NCBI GenBank assembly: GCA_015680685.1
Contig: MNCI01000248.1
Coordinates: 22,811 to 86,810 of the forward strand
From: Gnetum montanum
Taxonomy: Eukaryota > Plantae > Gnetophyta
Direction: 5' to 3'
Length of the DNA: 64,000 bases
Under the pieces are notes generated by a model. It was not told the origin of the DNA. It did no database searches and saw only the letters and a list, made by a program, of their open reading frames with translations. Below are positions 39,432 to 51,335 of the stretch, in pieces. The position numbers were made by a program, and so were the translations under genes. The stretch's first letter is position 1. Each line of letters opens with the position of its first letter.

Positions 39432-42400
39432 TATAAATAGGGGGTTACCCATGGTAATCTTGTCATTTTCATTGTCAGAGCTAACACCTAGAGCATAGCA
39501 CGGTTTGGATAGAGAGGCAGTGTAGCAGTCGATACGCCTCAGTTGGTCAATAGGATGATGGTGCACAGGAGTGAACATAGGCATTAAGGTCTTGCCAATG
39601 TGGATGAAGGGGAATGCACTTTACAACATCTCCCCAGGCCATGCATTGAGGAACGATGGGAATCACCATCTACCCAGTAAGTTGCTATATCACCCTTGCT
39701 TATATTGTGAGATCTATTAAATGGGGCCTTTACTGTAATCACCGCACCTTGGTGGCTACGATCGTTACCCTTGCTATGCTATGACTTTTGTCATTATGCC
39801 TTAGCTGCCACTATAGCTACTACGTTGTGGTTATTATGCACCACTACCATGGCTACCATTGTTCTGGGTGGGACAATGTATCATTTTGAGGGTTTAGAAG
39901 GTTCTGGGGGATGTAGTACACATTCTAGGTAGCATAGCACCCATGGAGGGAGGTCTAGTTTGCAAGGTTTCCAGGTAGCGTAGCACATGTTTTGGGCAGT
40001 GTAGCACATGTAAAGTGGGCTTTTTGTTTGTATTTTATTTTGTTACATTCCATGTAGTGGAATAGTGCTAGGGCAATGGAAACATTGTGTGTTCCCTCTC
40101 GGGCAGTGTTACTTTTGTCAGCATGACTGATAGGGTGTGTTGTGTTTTTGGTGCCTGTTATGCTATGGTGTCATGCTGCTACACTACCATACTTGCTACA
40201 CTACTATGCTTGCTATGCTGTTATACCTACTACACTATTATGCATGTTATGCTACTACTCTTGTCACGTTGTGTAGGGTGTACCTGTTGCATTGCCATGT
40301 TGTGCATGACGTGGCTGCTACACTACTTGGGGTGTACCCACTACGTTGTGTCATGTGCTACACTACTACGCTATGCGTAACATAGTTGCTACGCTATATA
40401 GGATAAGTCACAAAAATGGTGAACTGATACTTGACACAAATTTTGGGTTTACTTCATTGGTCCAAAGGCATAACATTTTGTACTTATGAAAAATTTGCAT
40501 ACTAGGAGCTGCTACGCTATACAGTAATTGTCACTTAAATACTGTGAACTAATGTTTTGTGCTACACCATGTAGGATCATGTTAAAATCCATCTTGATCA
40601 TCCTTGAGCTAGTAGGGGTTTTGTGCTGCCTAAGTGTTCCTATGGCTAATCTCCCCCCTCCTCATGCATAGATAAGGGACCAAGTGGTCTGGTTTTGGGA
40701 AAGCATGCAAAAATTCCTAGAGTTCCTCCTTTGCCACTTCAGTGTGATGGTATGGTCACACTTGTCGGCCGAGACTACCAGTGTTCTAGTTAAAATGTTG
40801 TTGCCTAAGGCAAACTGAGTCATCTTAAAGTTTATGGCCAATGGATCTATTAAAGGAGAAGGGTTCAAGAGCTCAAATCGGCATCCAAGAGGTTTGAGAT
40901 GCTTGTATTGGGTTTGGACTATGCTTGAATTTAAGTGTAACCATAAGTACAACACCTTGTTTGTCACTCGTCACATGGGCACTTTCTTTCAAAATCCACC
41001 GGGGACCATCTACTGTGCCAGTGGGTGAGCCCTATGAAGATACTTAGACATGTTACATCATTTTTCTTGCATAGATGAAATGCTTATTGTGCTCTATATG
41101 TTGCTAAGCTTGTAATCAATAAGGATGGGCTCCATGATCAAGAGGGGGCATTAGAATTGGCCCAAAAAACCTTACAAGACTTCTCTTTTGCCAAGAATGT
41201 GCATGCTGGCATTTATAGAACAACTTGGAACTGCATTTAGAACAACTTGAATGGAAAATGGACGTCTCATCATGTACTCACCATGGAAGAAGTCCTGGTG
41301 GAAATCCCAACATTCCCTATGCCATTCACACATAGTGGGTTAAATTATGCAGTTGTTTTCATGTGTTCAAGTGATTGATTTTGTTTTTTCCCTTTGTTAG
41401 TTTTTTTATTGATTATTGCAGTAACGTCCGAGTCTACAGAGGTTATGGTAATCACGTCAGGACGTGATGAAACTAACCTCTTCTTTAAATATGGTGAAGT
41501 GAATGAGACCCAATGCTAGTTATGCAATGGGACCCTAGCCATCCTTGCTTATAATTTCCAGGAGGCTAGGCTTATGAACCTATTCTTAGCAAGAAATCCA
41601 AGCATTTCGACTGTAGATATGCTCATCCTTGTTGATTCTTTTACAGAAAGGGCTGACTACTTTCACACACATGTGCATAATGTGAGAGTGGTGTTTGAGA
41701 TCACCTACAGCCTTTTCATAGAGCTCTTCAGTGTCCCTTACGATGGTTTACATATAGGGGAGATGATCAGAAAAGATGTAAACCATCAAGGGGACATAGA
41801 AGAGTGGCTAGGGATGAGCAAAGATTGAAAGGGGATTTACATGCAAAAGATCAAGCTAAAGGTAGTCCATAAGGTTTACCCTATTTTTTAGGCTCGTGCT
41901 TTCCCCAAGTTACTCTCCCAAGGAAAAATTCTTGGGGTAGAGCAAGCTTGGATTATGAGAGATGTCATGGAAGAAGGGACTCACTATAATTGGGCCAAGT
42001 ACCTCACTAAGGGTTTGTGGGCTAAAACGGTTAAGCTTTGTGAGAAGTTTGATGCATGTTTTAATGTGCATTTTACCTTTTTTATTGCTAGCCTATAACT
42101 GTTTGCTGAATTCTTGGTGGTCCAAGAGAATGTCATCTAGGTTGCAGGATTGCACCCAGATATCCAAACCATGGATCTGCCAAGTATTCCACACCACTCA
42201 ATCCCATGATCCCCCAAAAGGATTGGGTGGGACAACCCTTTTATGCACAAGACAACGTTGGACAAGCACCTCCCACTAATGTAGGCAATGCAGTAAGGGG
42301 GGCATGCCTTATTACTGAAATAATGAAATAAAAATTGTAACGCAAGAAATCTTGTCCTGTGGAAGAGCCTCCATATACTGATGAAGAAAGAGGAAAAAGA

Positions 42401-44065
42401 TTATGAATCAAGGTTTGTAAAGTGCAGCTTGCATTTTCTGGTGAGTATGGTTTAATTGTCTCATTAGCTAAAGCTACTCCCTCCCCACCTTTTATGTTAG
42501 ACTAGCATGCTCACATTAGATGTGTTTAATAAATGATGAGGAAGAAGCTTTGGCCCTTGCTATAGAAGAAGAAGAGGCCCTTGCTGTAGAGGAAGAGGCC
42601 CCTACCACAGAGGAAGAGGCTCCTATTGTAGATGAACCTTTCACAGAGTGTGCCCCAGCACCCCAGGGGCATATGACGGTTGAAGATGCTGCTACATTGT
42701 TAAGTCAACTTGAGGGGGAAGGGCTACAATTTGATGTTGGTGAGTTTGACAATTTTCTTGACAATGTGCCAATGGATGATCCCCCTGCTCTCATACTTGA
42801 GGGTTTGCTAGGTAGGAGCTTTGCACTATTTTTTATGTTACTTTTCAATTTTTTTTCCTCTTCTTTACCATGCTAACATGCTTTTTTGTGTAGCAGACAC
42901 TACCACTAAGGCTCTCGATTCTCCCTCTTCATTTCACCTCCAATCATGGACTGAGATCCTAGATAAGTTTGCCTTTATGGAGGGGGTAGTTGATGACATG
43001 ATTCATTGGTTAAGGAAAATTGATCTTGAGTTAGGTGTGTTTGCACTATGACATTTTCACTCTGTGTTGTTATATTTTTGTCATCATCTCATGACTAACG
43101 CTTCCTCATGTTGGGTATAATAGCTTCTTGATTGAAGTGGAACTCAAGATAGGCAGTTGAAGTTGATGTTGTGCCTAAGCTCCCCCTAGAGGTAATCAAG
43201 GTGCCTCATGATGTATATGAGGAGGTGAGTAAATGCACACTATACTTGGCACAATCCATGTGAGAGTGTAGGCATGTTAATGAAGATCTCTGGAAGCAAG
43301 TCCAGAAGCTAGAAAAGGAGAAAGCTAGTCAAGTGATTGAATTGGAAGATCTATGGTCAAGGAATGAGTTCTTGATGGCCCATGACACTTTCAATGTTAG
43401 TTGGCGTATGACCATGATTGATTACATAAGATATTGATTGGCCATACGGGGTGAAAACGAGGTTACCTGTGGAATAATTGAACAACACTTGCAAATGGAC
43501 CTACTAGCCTAGAAAAACTAGGACTAGAAAGATTATAGCACCAAGGTGTATGAATGGGGGTAGGCACAGAAAAATCATAAACACATGTACAATGTGAAAT
43601 GTGCTACCTATCATCAGAAATATTGAGATGCTTCTATTGACTTGCATATTCATAAGCTATTTCTTGATGTGATTGGTGCTACTAAGGCCTTAGATAAATT
43701 TGGAAAATAGGTGGTGGTTAGTAAGTCTCCCAAGAGAGAGATGACCTTGCCTTCCAGGGAGACCACTACTACCACCTTTTCTCCAGGGCCACCCACTTGG
43801 ATAGCTATGGAGAAGGGGAAGATTGTAGCGAGCATTGACTTGGGGGAGGAAGATTGGGTGAACTTAAGTGAGGATGAAATACTTCAACACTTAGTAGCTG
43901 GCATGGATAGAATACCTCTAGAGATGCTTTATGATATTGTAGTTTATTTTATGATATGTGATTTTAATTTGCCTCATTATTTTATTCTTTCTTTATGTAG
44001 GACTCGAATGAGGATGTAGGACCTAGTGGGGTGAGGGATAAAGATACCAGTGGAGACTCATAGCC
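39432..44065 (+). pseudogene. Antisense multi-exon accessory gene of element F: FCP1/NIF-like HAD domain, PMD-like domain, acidic linker, coiled coil
   Basis: TATAAATA at 39432. GT-AG introns at approx. 39677-40574, 41025-41074, 41340-41421, 42441-42500, 42812-42896, 43035-43123 and one ending at 44000. Exon translations align with the copy in E. Confidence 0.8.
39770..40570. repeat. Dense array of GCTAC(G/A)CT motifs in intron 1 of the F accessory gene
   Basis: gctacact/gctacgct/gctatgct repeated many times, at ~18-20 bp spacing around 40175-40400. Confidence 0.8.
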
Positions 44066-44199
44066 CATTGGCAATTTTTTTTTGAAATGAAATGCTTATT
44101 GTTATGTATTCTAAGTATGGACTTATATTTAATGAAAAGTAAAGCACTTATTTTATTCCTTTTGGCTAATATTTTTGTTAATGTGCTTGGGGCCCCTTG

Positions 44200-44480
44200 T
44201 TTTAGTTTAAGGCCTTTTCAGGCCATTGCTAGTTTAAGACCATTTTGGGCCAAACATAATGTAATTTTCAAGAGTGGGGTTGCTAGTTTTAGGCCTTGGC
44301 AGGCCATAGCGATAATTTAAGGTTATTCCAAGCCATGTGTAAACTGGTTTTTGAAAGTGGTGTTGCTAGTTTTAGGCCTTAGCAGGCCATGATAGTAGTT
44401 TAAGGCCATTCTAGGCCATAGCGATAGTTTAAGGCCCTTCTGGGCCATAGCAGTAGTTTAAGGCCATTTTAGGCCATAAT
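44200..44480. repeat. TAGTTTAAGGCC-N5-7-GGCCAT hairpin-unit array between protease end and antisense gene end
   Basis: About 8 well-preserved units, e.g. tagtttaaggccattctaggccat. Confidence 0.85.
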
Positions 44481-44589
44481 TGCTTTAACTAATGCTAATG
44501 ACAAAGATGCAAATAGAAAAATTAATGCAAAATGGAAATCATGTGAACAAAAGTATAAAATTTATTTAGGCAAAGTGGAGGTAAACTTT

Positions 44590-47500
44590 AGTCATGCAAT
44601 TGTTTCCTAATCTGACATGGGTTAGGCAGGGGATAGGCTTGAGAAGCCTTGTAGTGGTTTTTCTCTATGCTATCATCTATCATTTGGAAGGGCAATTCAG
44701 CCCACATGGTTTCTTCATTTAAGTCAATAGTTCTGGATGGATCATTTGTCAAACATGGAATTTTAGCCTGAATGGGTGATTTGTTTTCAGAGATTTCTAT
44801 CTCTGATCCTTACTCCACGTCTATATTGTTTATGGCTTAGGGAGCTACTTCATCATGAAAGATCACCACCTCTTCATCCACATAGGGTAAGTGGATCTCT
44901 TGGTGTATGGATGAGGAGACAACTCTTAGTTGGGCTAACCACGATCTTCCTAAGATCAAGTTAAACCCAGGAATCTCCTCCACCATAATGAATACTACGC
45001 TAGTGGGAAACTAGTCCCCTACTATGAAGTTGATGGTAATAGTTCCCTTGAGCACAACACATGCCCCATTGAATGACTTTAGACATGAGGTTGCTATGGG
45101 CTTGATTTGATCCACCAGGCCCAACTTGTCCACAATGGGGAATGGTATCACATTCGTGGCAGCCCCATCATTGACATGTACTCTATGAATTTTATACTGA
45201 CCTATCCAAATCGTGATAAACATGGGTATGGTAGTCACTTGACCAGTTTCAGGGTCATCTTTGATGGCTTTGTGATGAAGTGTTAACTAGGTTGGTTGTA
45301 GTTCTTTAGCCACAGAGGAAAGCATAACAACATGGATAGCTTTCTCTTCAACTGGCATGTTTTCACTAACATAAATAGATGCTAGCATGCAAACCAAGGC
45401 CTCATGATGTGCCATAGAGGTCATTATTAAGTTATACAAGCTTAATGTTGTGTTCTTTTATTTCAAGGCCTGCTTAACCTATGAAAGTGCATTTAGGAAG
45501 TCTTGTCCACTGTATGATTGTTTGCTAATATTTTCTTCTTCTATGCACCCTAGAAGATGAATCTCCCAAGGGGGAGTGGCTTTAGGTTGGAGATAAAGCT
45601 TTTTTGAACTAAAGGGTGATGGTTGCATATGTGTGTTACCACCAATGGCTAATAATGAAGAGGTCATGGGAATTTTGGACAAGGGGGTGGGCTTAGGAGG
45701 GTCCAACGCAATGTGTTCTCTAGCCAACTTATCTGCTAAACATTCTTTGTGTTTCCTTAGATGAGGAGCTGAGATGTAGTGCTTGTCACTTGACTTTGGG
45801 TGGTAGGGAAACTCGCATGCTTTGGCACCTTGATAACAAATGGTGCCTAATTTGTTGTAGTGGGATGCGATGTAGTTTTAAGTACAAAAGGTGTAGCAGA
45901 TGTCTATGGAGAGGTCCTAATGACAAAGGGGGTTTGTGATCTAGTTGTTGTTGAAGCTTCAACATTGCAAGGGGGGGGGGGGGGNACATGAACCATGAAT
46001 GGTTCATGTTGTGATTCTACATTATCATCAATGCCAACGACATTGATAGTGCAACTTGCATTGTTAGTGTTCAAAGGATCTTTGTAAACATTCATCGATT
46101 GGTTGTCAAGTCAAACAAGACTACTCTCATCCAGGACCAACTTACCCTAATCAATCATTCACTATATATCATCTTTCAATGCCAGGTAATAATCTGTATC
46201 ATGCCCACACAATTGATGATAATTGCAAAAACACTCTAGCTTGAAGTTCCTAGGTACTGGTGGTTCATTAGGCATAGCTAAGGAGGGATCTCAAAGGACT
46301 TCATAGTACCTTTGGTGACACTTAAGGACCTTCTTTGACATCTATTTATGTTGGATATGTCCAATCCCCAGTAATTGACTCAAAATATCTGAAGGCTTAA
46401 TTGGTAATGGGGTATATTTTTAGTGATCCTTGCACTCAAAATTTGACCTTGGCGGAGTTTGCATTGTGGGTGTTAATGCTGGGGGCTAACTCATGCTACT
46501 AGACTCAGGTGTTGTGTTAGTGGAGGATTTAGTTGTTGTGGCAGTCTTTTTACTATTGTTGGACTTGGTCTCATTAGCCACAGTAGCCACTGTGGTTGTT
46601 GTTGCCTATCTTTTCTCCTTTTCTTTCTTTGTATGTGTGTTTTTATAGGCTACGTAGGCTAGATCTCTATTGGCAGCTACTGCATCCTGAATGCTTTTAG
46701 TTTGAGTGAATGCTTGGCCAAGGGAACAAAAAAGCTAAATAATATAGTTTGGACTTGATAAAATTGTTTACTACTCCTTTGAAAATAGCTAGCAAATGGG
46801 CCTCGGCAATTGATTCATGTATTTCATTTAGGGTAGCACTCCAATATTGTATGAATTTTTGTACGAATTCTAGTGGTTCTTGTTTAACATTCATGAGTTG
46901 ATTTAAAGTGACTTTCCATTTCAAGTTATACTTAAAATGAGTCACAAAGTAGCTTATAAATTCTTCTAATGTTGAGATAGAAGCGTGAGAAAGCGCATGG
47001 TACTAGTCTAAGGCCTTTCCTATTAAGGACATGGTGAACAGATGAATGATGGTATGGGGCCACGGTTGTAGTAACAAGGATTCAGACCTAAAAGTGACTA
47101 GGTGGGCATTCAGATCACCTTCCCCATTGTATTTTTTAAAACTAGAGAAGTTATACCCCATGGGGAAACATAAGCACGAGAACAATTGGACTAATTAGGT
47201 CATCTTGGTAGAATTCCATGACTTGAACAATTTTAGAACTAGCAACTTTGAGCCATTTAATTTCTTCGATGAGGGTTTGGATGAATTGAGGGCTTGGCCC
47301 AGACCCAAGGGTGTTACAAGGGGTTGTGAAGCTACTAGAGTAGCCATCATTGGTGGCACTGTTGATGTAGCTACCAATCCCATTGTGGATGCTATTGGAA
47401 TAGCTCTTGGTAGTGGTGTTGTTTGAGCAAGCCCCAACCTAGTGGGTAGTGCCGTTGGAGTAGCTAGCATTGGTGGTGCTATGGGGGTGGTTATCTACCC

Positions 47501-48375
47501 AATGGTTGGGATGGTCCATAGTTCCATGTTTGGTTGCATTACATGTAAAACTTGGTATGTTTGGGGCTATGCATATTGTGGCACATGAGACATTTGAGCT
47601 GCAAGAAAAGAGGTCATTGTTGTCCACCATGTGGTTGAGGTTGGGCCTACTACCGATGATGGAATGGATGTAGAGGAGGGGACAAAAATAGAACTTACAT
47701 GTAGTTGTGATGTGGGCATGTTGTGCATGTATGATAGTATGGGCATCATAGACATTGGGTGTGGGGCTTGGACAGACTAGGAAGGTTGATTAATGAGGAA
47801 TGATGTTGAAGGACCTGCATGCTAATACATTGACAATATTTGATGACTACCCATCACTAAAGAGGGTCTAGGTTGTGGTAGTGTCATGGCAGTAGAAAAA
47901 GAGGTAGAAAATTGCTATTTGTGTGAACGAACAACTAAGGTGGAAGGGACAATCGTAGCATAGTTTGGGCCACCACCTTCAGAATGGGAATCTAACTCCT
48001 CTTGGCTATCATGAAAAGGTTCATTGTAGTGAGATGTTGTGTCCCATTCTCTTGATTTGTTCAATTGCAAAAGTTGGCTTAAAAGCGATTAGTACATTTA
48101 TGTGAGTGGAATAGTGATATCAGAAGTGGAAATAAATTCTCTTTCATTCCAGTGGATGATTTCAAAGTTATGTTTTTCCTAAAATTTATGATGATCCAAT
48201 GGTAGATTTGCTTGGATCTTGGCACATAAGAAGTTATATCACTCTACGTTTTGAGGTAGACGTTCAGGTGATTGATGATACAGTCTAAGAGATTGCCACT
48301 ATACTTGTATTGGGCTAGGCGATCACTTGGGATCCGCTATGTGTGGAACAAAGTGAGACACCTCCACACTCATCG
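44590..48375 (-). pseudogene. gag-protease remnant of element F
   Basis: FKKYNGEGDLNAHLVTF..LFTMSLIGKALD*Y; knuckle CNYHQLCGHDTDY; protease IHRVHVNDGAATNVIP..FIMVEEIPGFNLILGRSWL. Confidence 0.88.
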
Positions 48376-48904
48376 TAGGAACCAAAGTGGTAATAGGATT
48401 AATTTTTTTGATATGAAAATAGTATGTTTTATGTTAAACAGTTAAGGTTTGAAGCTGTAGAGAATATTGATTGAAACTGGGGACATCTAAAAATGTTGAA
48501 AGGCTAGTTTTCTTCACTACGCTACATAGGACATAGGTAGCGTAACATAGTAGATAATTTAGAACCTGCTACACTAATAGGGTCGCTACACTACACAGAA
48601 CATAGGCAGCATAATGCAGTAGATAGGTAGCATAACATACTAGACAGTGTAGGAAATGCTATACTAATAGAGTCACTACGCTACATAGAACGCAGGCAAC
48701 ATAACGTAGTAGATAGGTAATGTAACACAATAGATAGTTTAGGGATTTCATCCTACAAGGTTCTAGAGGAACTGTCATGGCGACCAATCTACACCACCTA
48801 GTGCGTAGACAACCACAGGGGTGTCATGTCTATGCTAGCAGGCTACTAGTGATAGGATACAGATAGCATGTAGGATTACCCATGACACACAAAAGAGACA
48901 TGGA

Positions 48905-48926
48905 AGTTCAGGCCCTCCTAGTGCCA
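48905..48926 (-). promoter_or_regulatory. Primer-binding site of element F (tRNA identity not assigned)
   Basis: The minus strand reads TGGCACTAGGAGGGCC five bases after the LTR's terminal CA. Confidence 0.7.
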
Positions 48927-48931
48927 AAAAC

Positions 48932-51335
48932 TGTGATGTCTAAAAAATCAGTGGCTAGAACATCGAGAGGTTATCAGGCATATAGCCTAACCCTAGATTT
49001 TTGTGAGGGCTATGCTAGAGAAAATAGAAACAGGGTGCCCTAAATAGTTTGTTCAATCAATCAGGGACTTACATGGTGTACAATAACCATATGCAAATAG
49101 TAATTTTAAAATGTAACACGTTGAGGTTGAAATGGAAGAAAACGAGAGGTTCAAAACAATAGAAATGCATCAAAGTATATAACCAGGAAAATAAGTGTGA
49201 ACAAGCACACAAAGATGCAACATATATGTTATAGAAAAAATGGAATGAGAGTTTAGGTGAGGGAATGAACCACCCCAAAATTGAGCGATATAATCTTTGT
49301 TTAGCTAATGAATGTATACAACTAGTGTGCAGTACTAGATAGGCACAGCTGGTAATGGAATGATATGGTCACACCTCCTAGATTCGTATGGATGGGGTGC
49401 TAACAGGAACCAATGAGCTAATGCTTGTTGGGTTGAGAGCTACTATGCTAGGTTGAGGAGAGATCTGAGAAGTGCTACTGTTAGGATATGTTATTTATCA
49501 ACTTTCTATTCACCAGTCTCTTTGCCAATGCTTACTGCCAGAAGCCAACTACCCAAAAGCCAACCTCTAGAAGCCAACGTGAAAAGCCAATCCCTAGAAT
49601 GTTGTTTTTCAAGGTATTTATAGAGCCAAGAGTGAGAGAGAGATGTGGCTTGGATGTCATGTGTCCTGCATCCCACAGGACACAAACATGGATGTGCTAT
49701 GCTGATGTGTGCTACTATGCTAATGTGCTATGATGAATGGAATGATGCTAGAAGTGAAACTTGCTAAGCTATGACCATATCATTCAGAATACATGTACTC
49801 AAGGGACCACCATATTTTTACAAAAAATTCTTATGACAAATGTAACATGAAGCTAATGATTTGGGACTACATCTTCCCCTCTCTTACAAGTAGGATCAAG
49901 TGTAGAGAAAATTTTGGGACTCGACAAGGGATGCAACAAGCAAAGAAAATTATTGATCTTGGCTGCCAAGGAGATGTTGGGGTAGAAATGACCATTGATG
50001 ATGAGTCCAAGAGCTTTTGGAGATATCCTATGGCCTCTTTTCAAGTGTTATGCAACTTATGTTGCTCAGCCTAGGGGAGTAGCATGAATACCCACTCGCT
50101 ACACTATGCTACATTGCACAGCATAGAAATCACCTTTGAGACAAATCTTGGTTAAAAACTAGAAAATACCCATTTGAGGCCTAGAAAGGAAAGCTATTTC
50201 AGCAACTAGCCATTGCACTTTTCATGTTTAAAGGGCCCAAGAATTCCTAGTTTCATCCATAGGGCACCTTTTATCTTTTAGGTCCTTGCCACATTATGGT
50301 ACACTATGTAGCATAGTACAGCGTAGTAGTTAGTCTAGGATAAATTTGAGTCACAACCTATAATGTTTTGTTAGTTGACTTTGATTGTGACCTAAGGGTG
50401 AAGTGGGATAGGAAATCTTGAAGGTTGAAGCATGGCCAAGTGCAATTCTTTTGCTAGAACAACTTAATGGAGAATCTTCTTGCATTATCACCCTACTATG
50501 TTGTGCTACATTGTGTAGCGTAGCATAGCATGGCACCCAATTTTTCCTAAATTCTGACCTACTTTGCAAGTGTTCTATCATGGGTTCTTGATCATATTCT
50601 AAGGTGGTAGTAGAGTAAGCATTTTTCATGGTCGAAGCATGGGTGATTGTGTTTTCCATACCAAGATAGTTTGAGAAAAGATTTTGCCATGCTAGGGCCC
50701 TGCTATGTTGTGCTATGCTGTGTAGCATATCACAGCATAGCACTTAGACTCAGCTAATTTTTGATGAAATTTTCTCTATTTTTCTACGTTATACTAATCA
50801 TGCTTTAAGGATGAAGTGGGTTAGGCATCTTTGAAAACCAAATATCTGCAAACTGCATCTTTTGTGTCTAATCTAACACTTGCAATAGTTTTGACACCAC
50901 ATGGCCTGCTACGCTGTGTAGCGTAGCATAGCATAGTAGGCTTCATAGTTAGAAAATTTGCTGAACTGTTTAGTCCATCCTAAACATCTTCAACAGCTTC
51001 TAGCTTGGAACTTGGGTGGAATTTCACCTGGGACATTTGTCAAGCTAGAAAAGCTAAAGAGTGTAGCAAGCTTGATAGCCCAGGAGATAGAAAATTTGCC
51101 AAAATGGATGGTCTGCTTTCAGTGCCTCTTTTGTGCAAACTAGCCTCATGACTGGGTACTACATTGACTGTGCTGTAGGGGGTGGTAGGCAGGCCTAGAA
51201 GTAGCTTTGCAGAAGTTAGGACCTCCAGAGTGCTATGTTGTCTGTGTGGCCTAGCGTGGCATTGCACCTGTAGAGATCCTTGCCCAAATTTTGGGACTAT
51301 GCTAAATCATGAGTCTGAAAATTGATGGTGTTTCA
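48932..51335 (-). repeat. 5' LTR of element F
   Basis: Colinear with 34595-36978 and adjacent to the PBS. Confidence 0.92.

Larger units (their letters stand above)
34595..51335 (-). mobile_element. Element F: structurally complete, non-autonomous Ogre/Tat-like LTR retrotransposon (gag-pro plus antisense gene, no RT/INT), nested in E
   Basis: ~2.4 kb LTRs TGTGATG..GTTTCA at 34595-36978 and 48932-51335. TSD actcc/acacc (4/5 match). PBS and PPT present. Confidence 0.92.

Noticed and set aside
40087-40385. Cys/Tyr/Leu-rich ORFs
   Set aside because: They are translations of the GCTACGCT repeat array in an intron.
40980-41110. Ulp1/SUMO protease catalytic motif (FQNPPG..C; NAYCALYVAK)
   Set aside because: Not conserved in the E copy and no His/Asp triad motifs. 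The exon fits a NIF/HAD fold better.
38435-44480. Repeat-spacer appearance of the TAGTTTAAGG arrays suggesting CRISPR
   Set aside because: The units are degenerate tandem copies without unique 30-40 bp spacers, there are no cas genes, and the context is a plant retrotransposon.
44200-44480. Hammerhead ribozyme/retrozyme interpretation of the hairpin units
   Set aside because: The conserved CUGANGA and GAAA core boxes are not present in the right arrangement.
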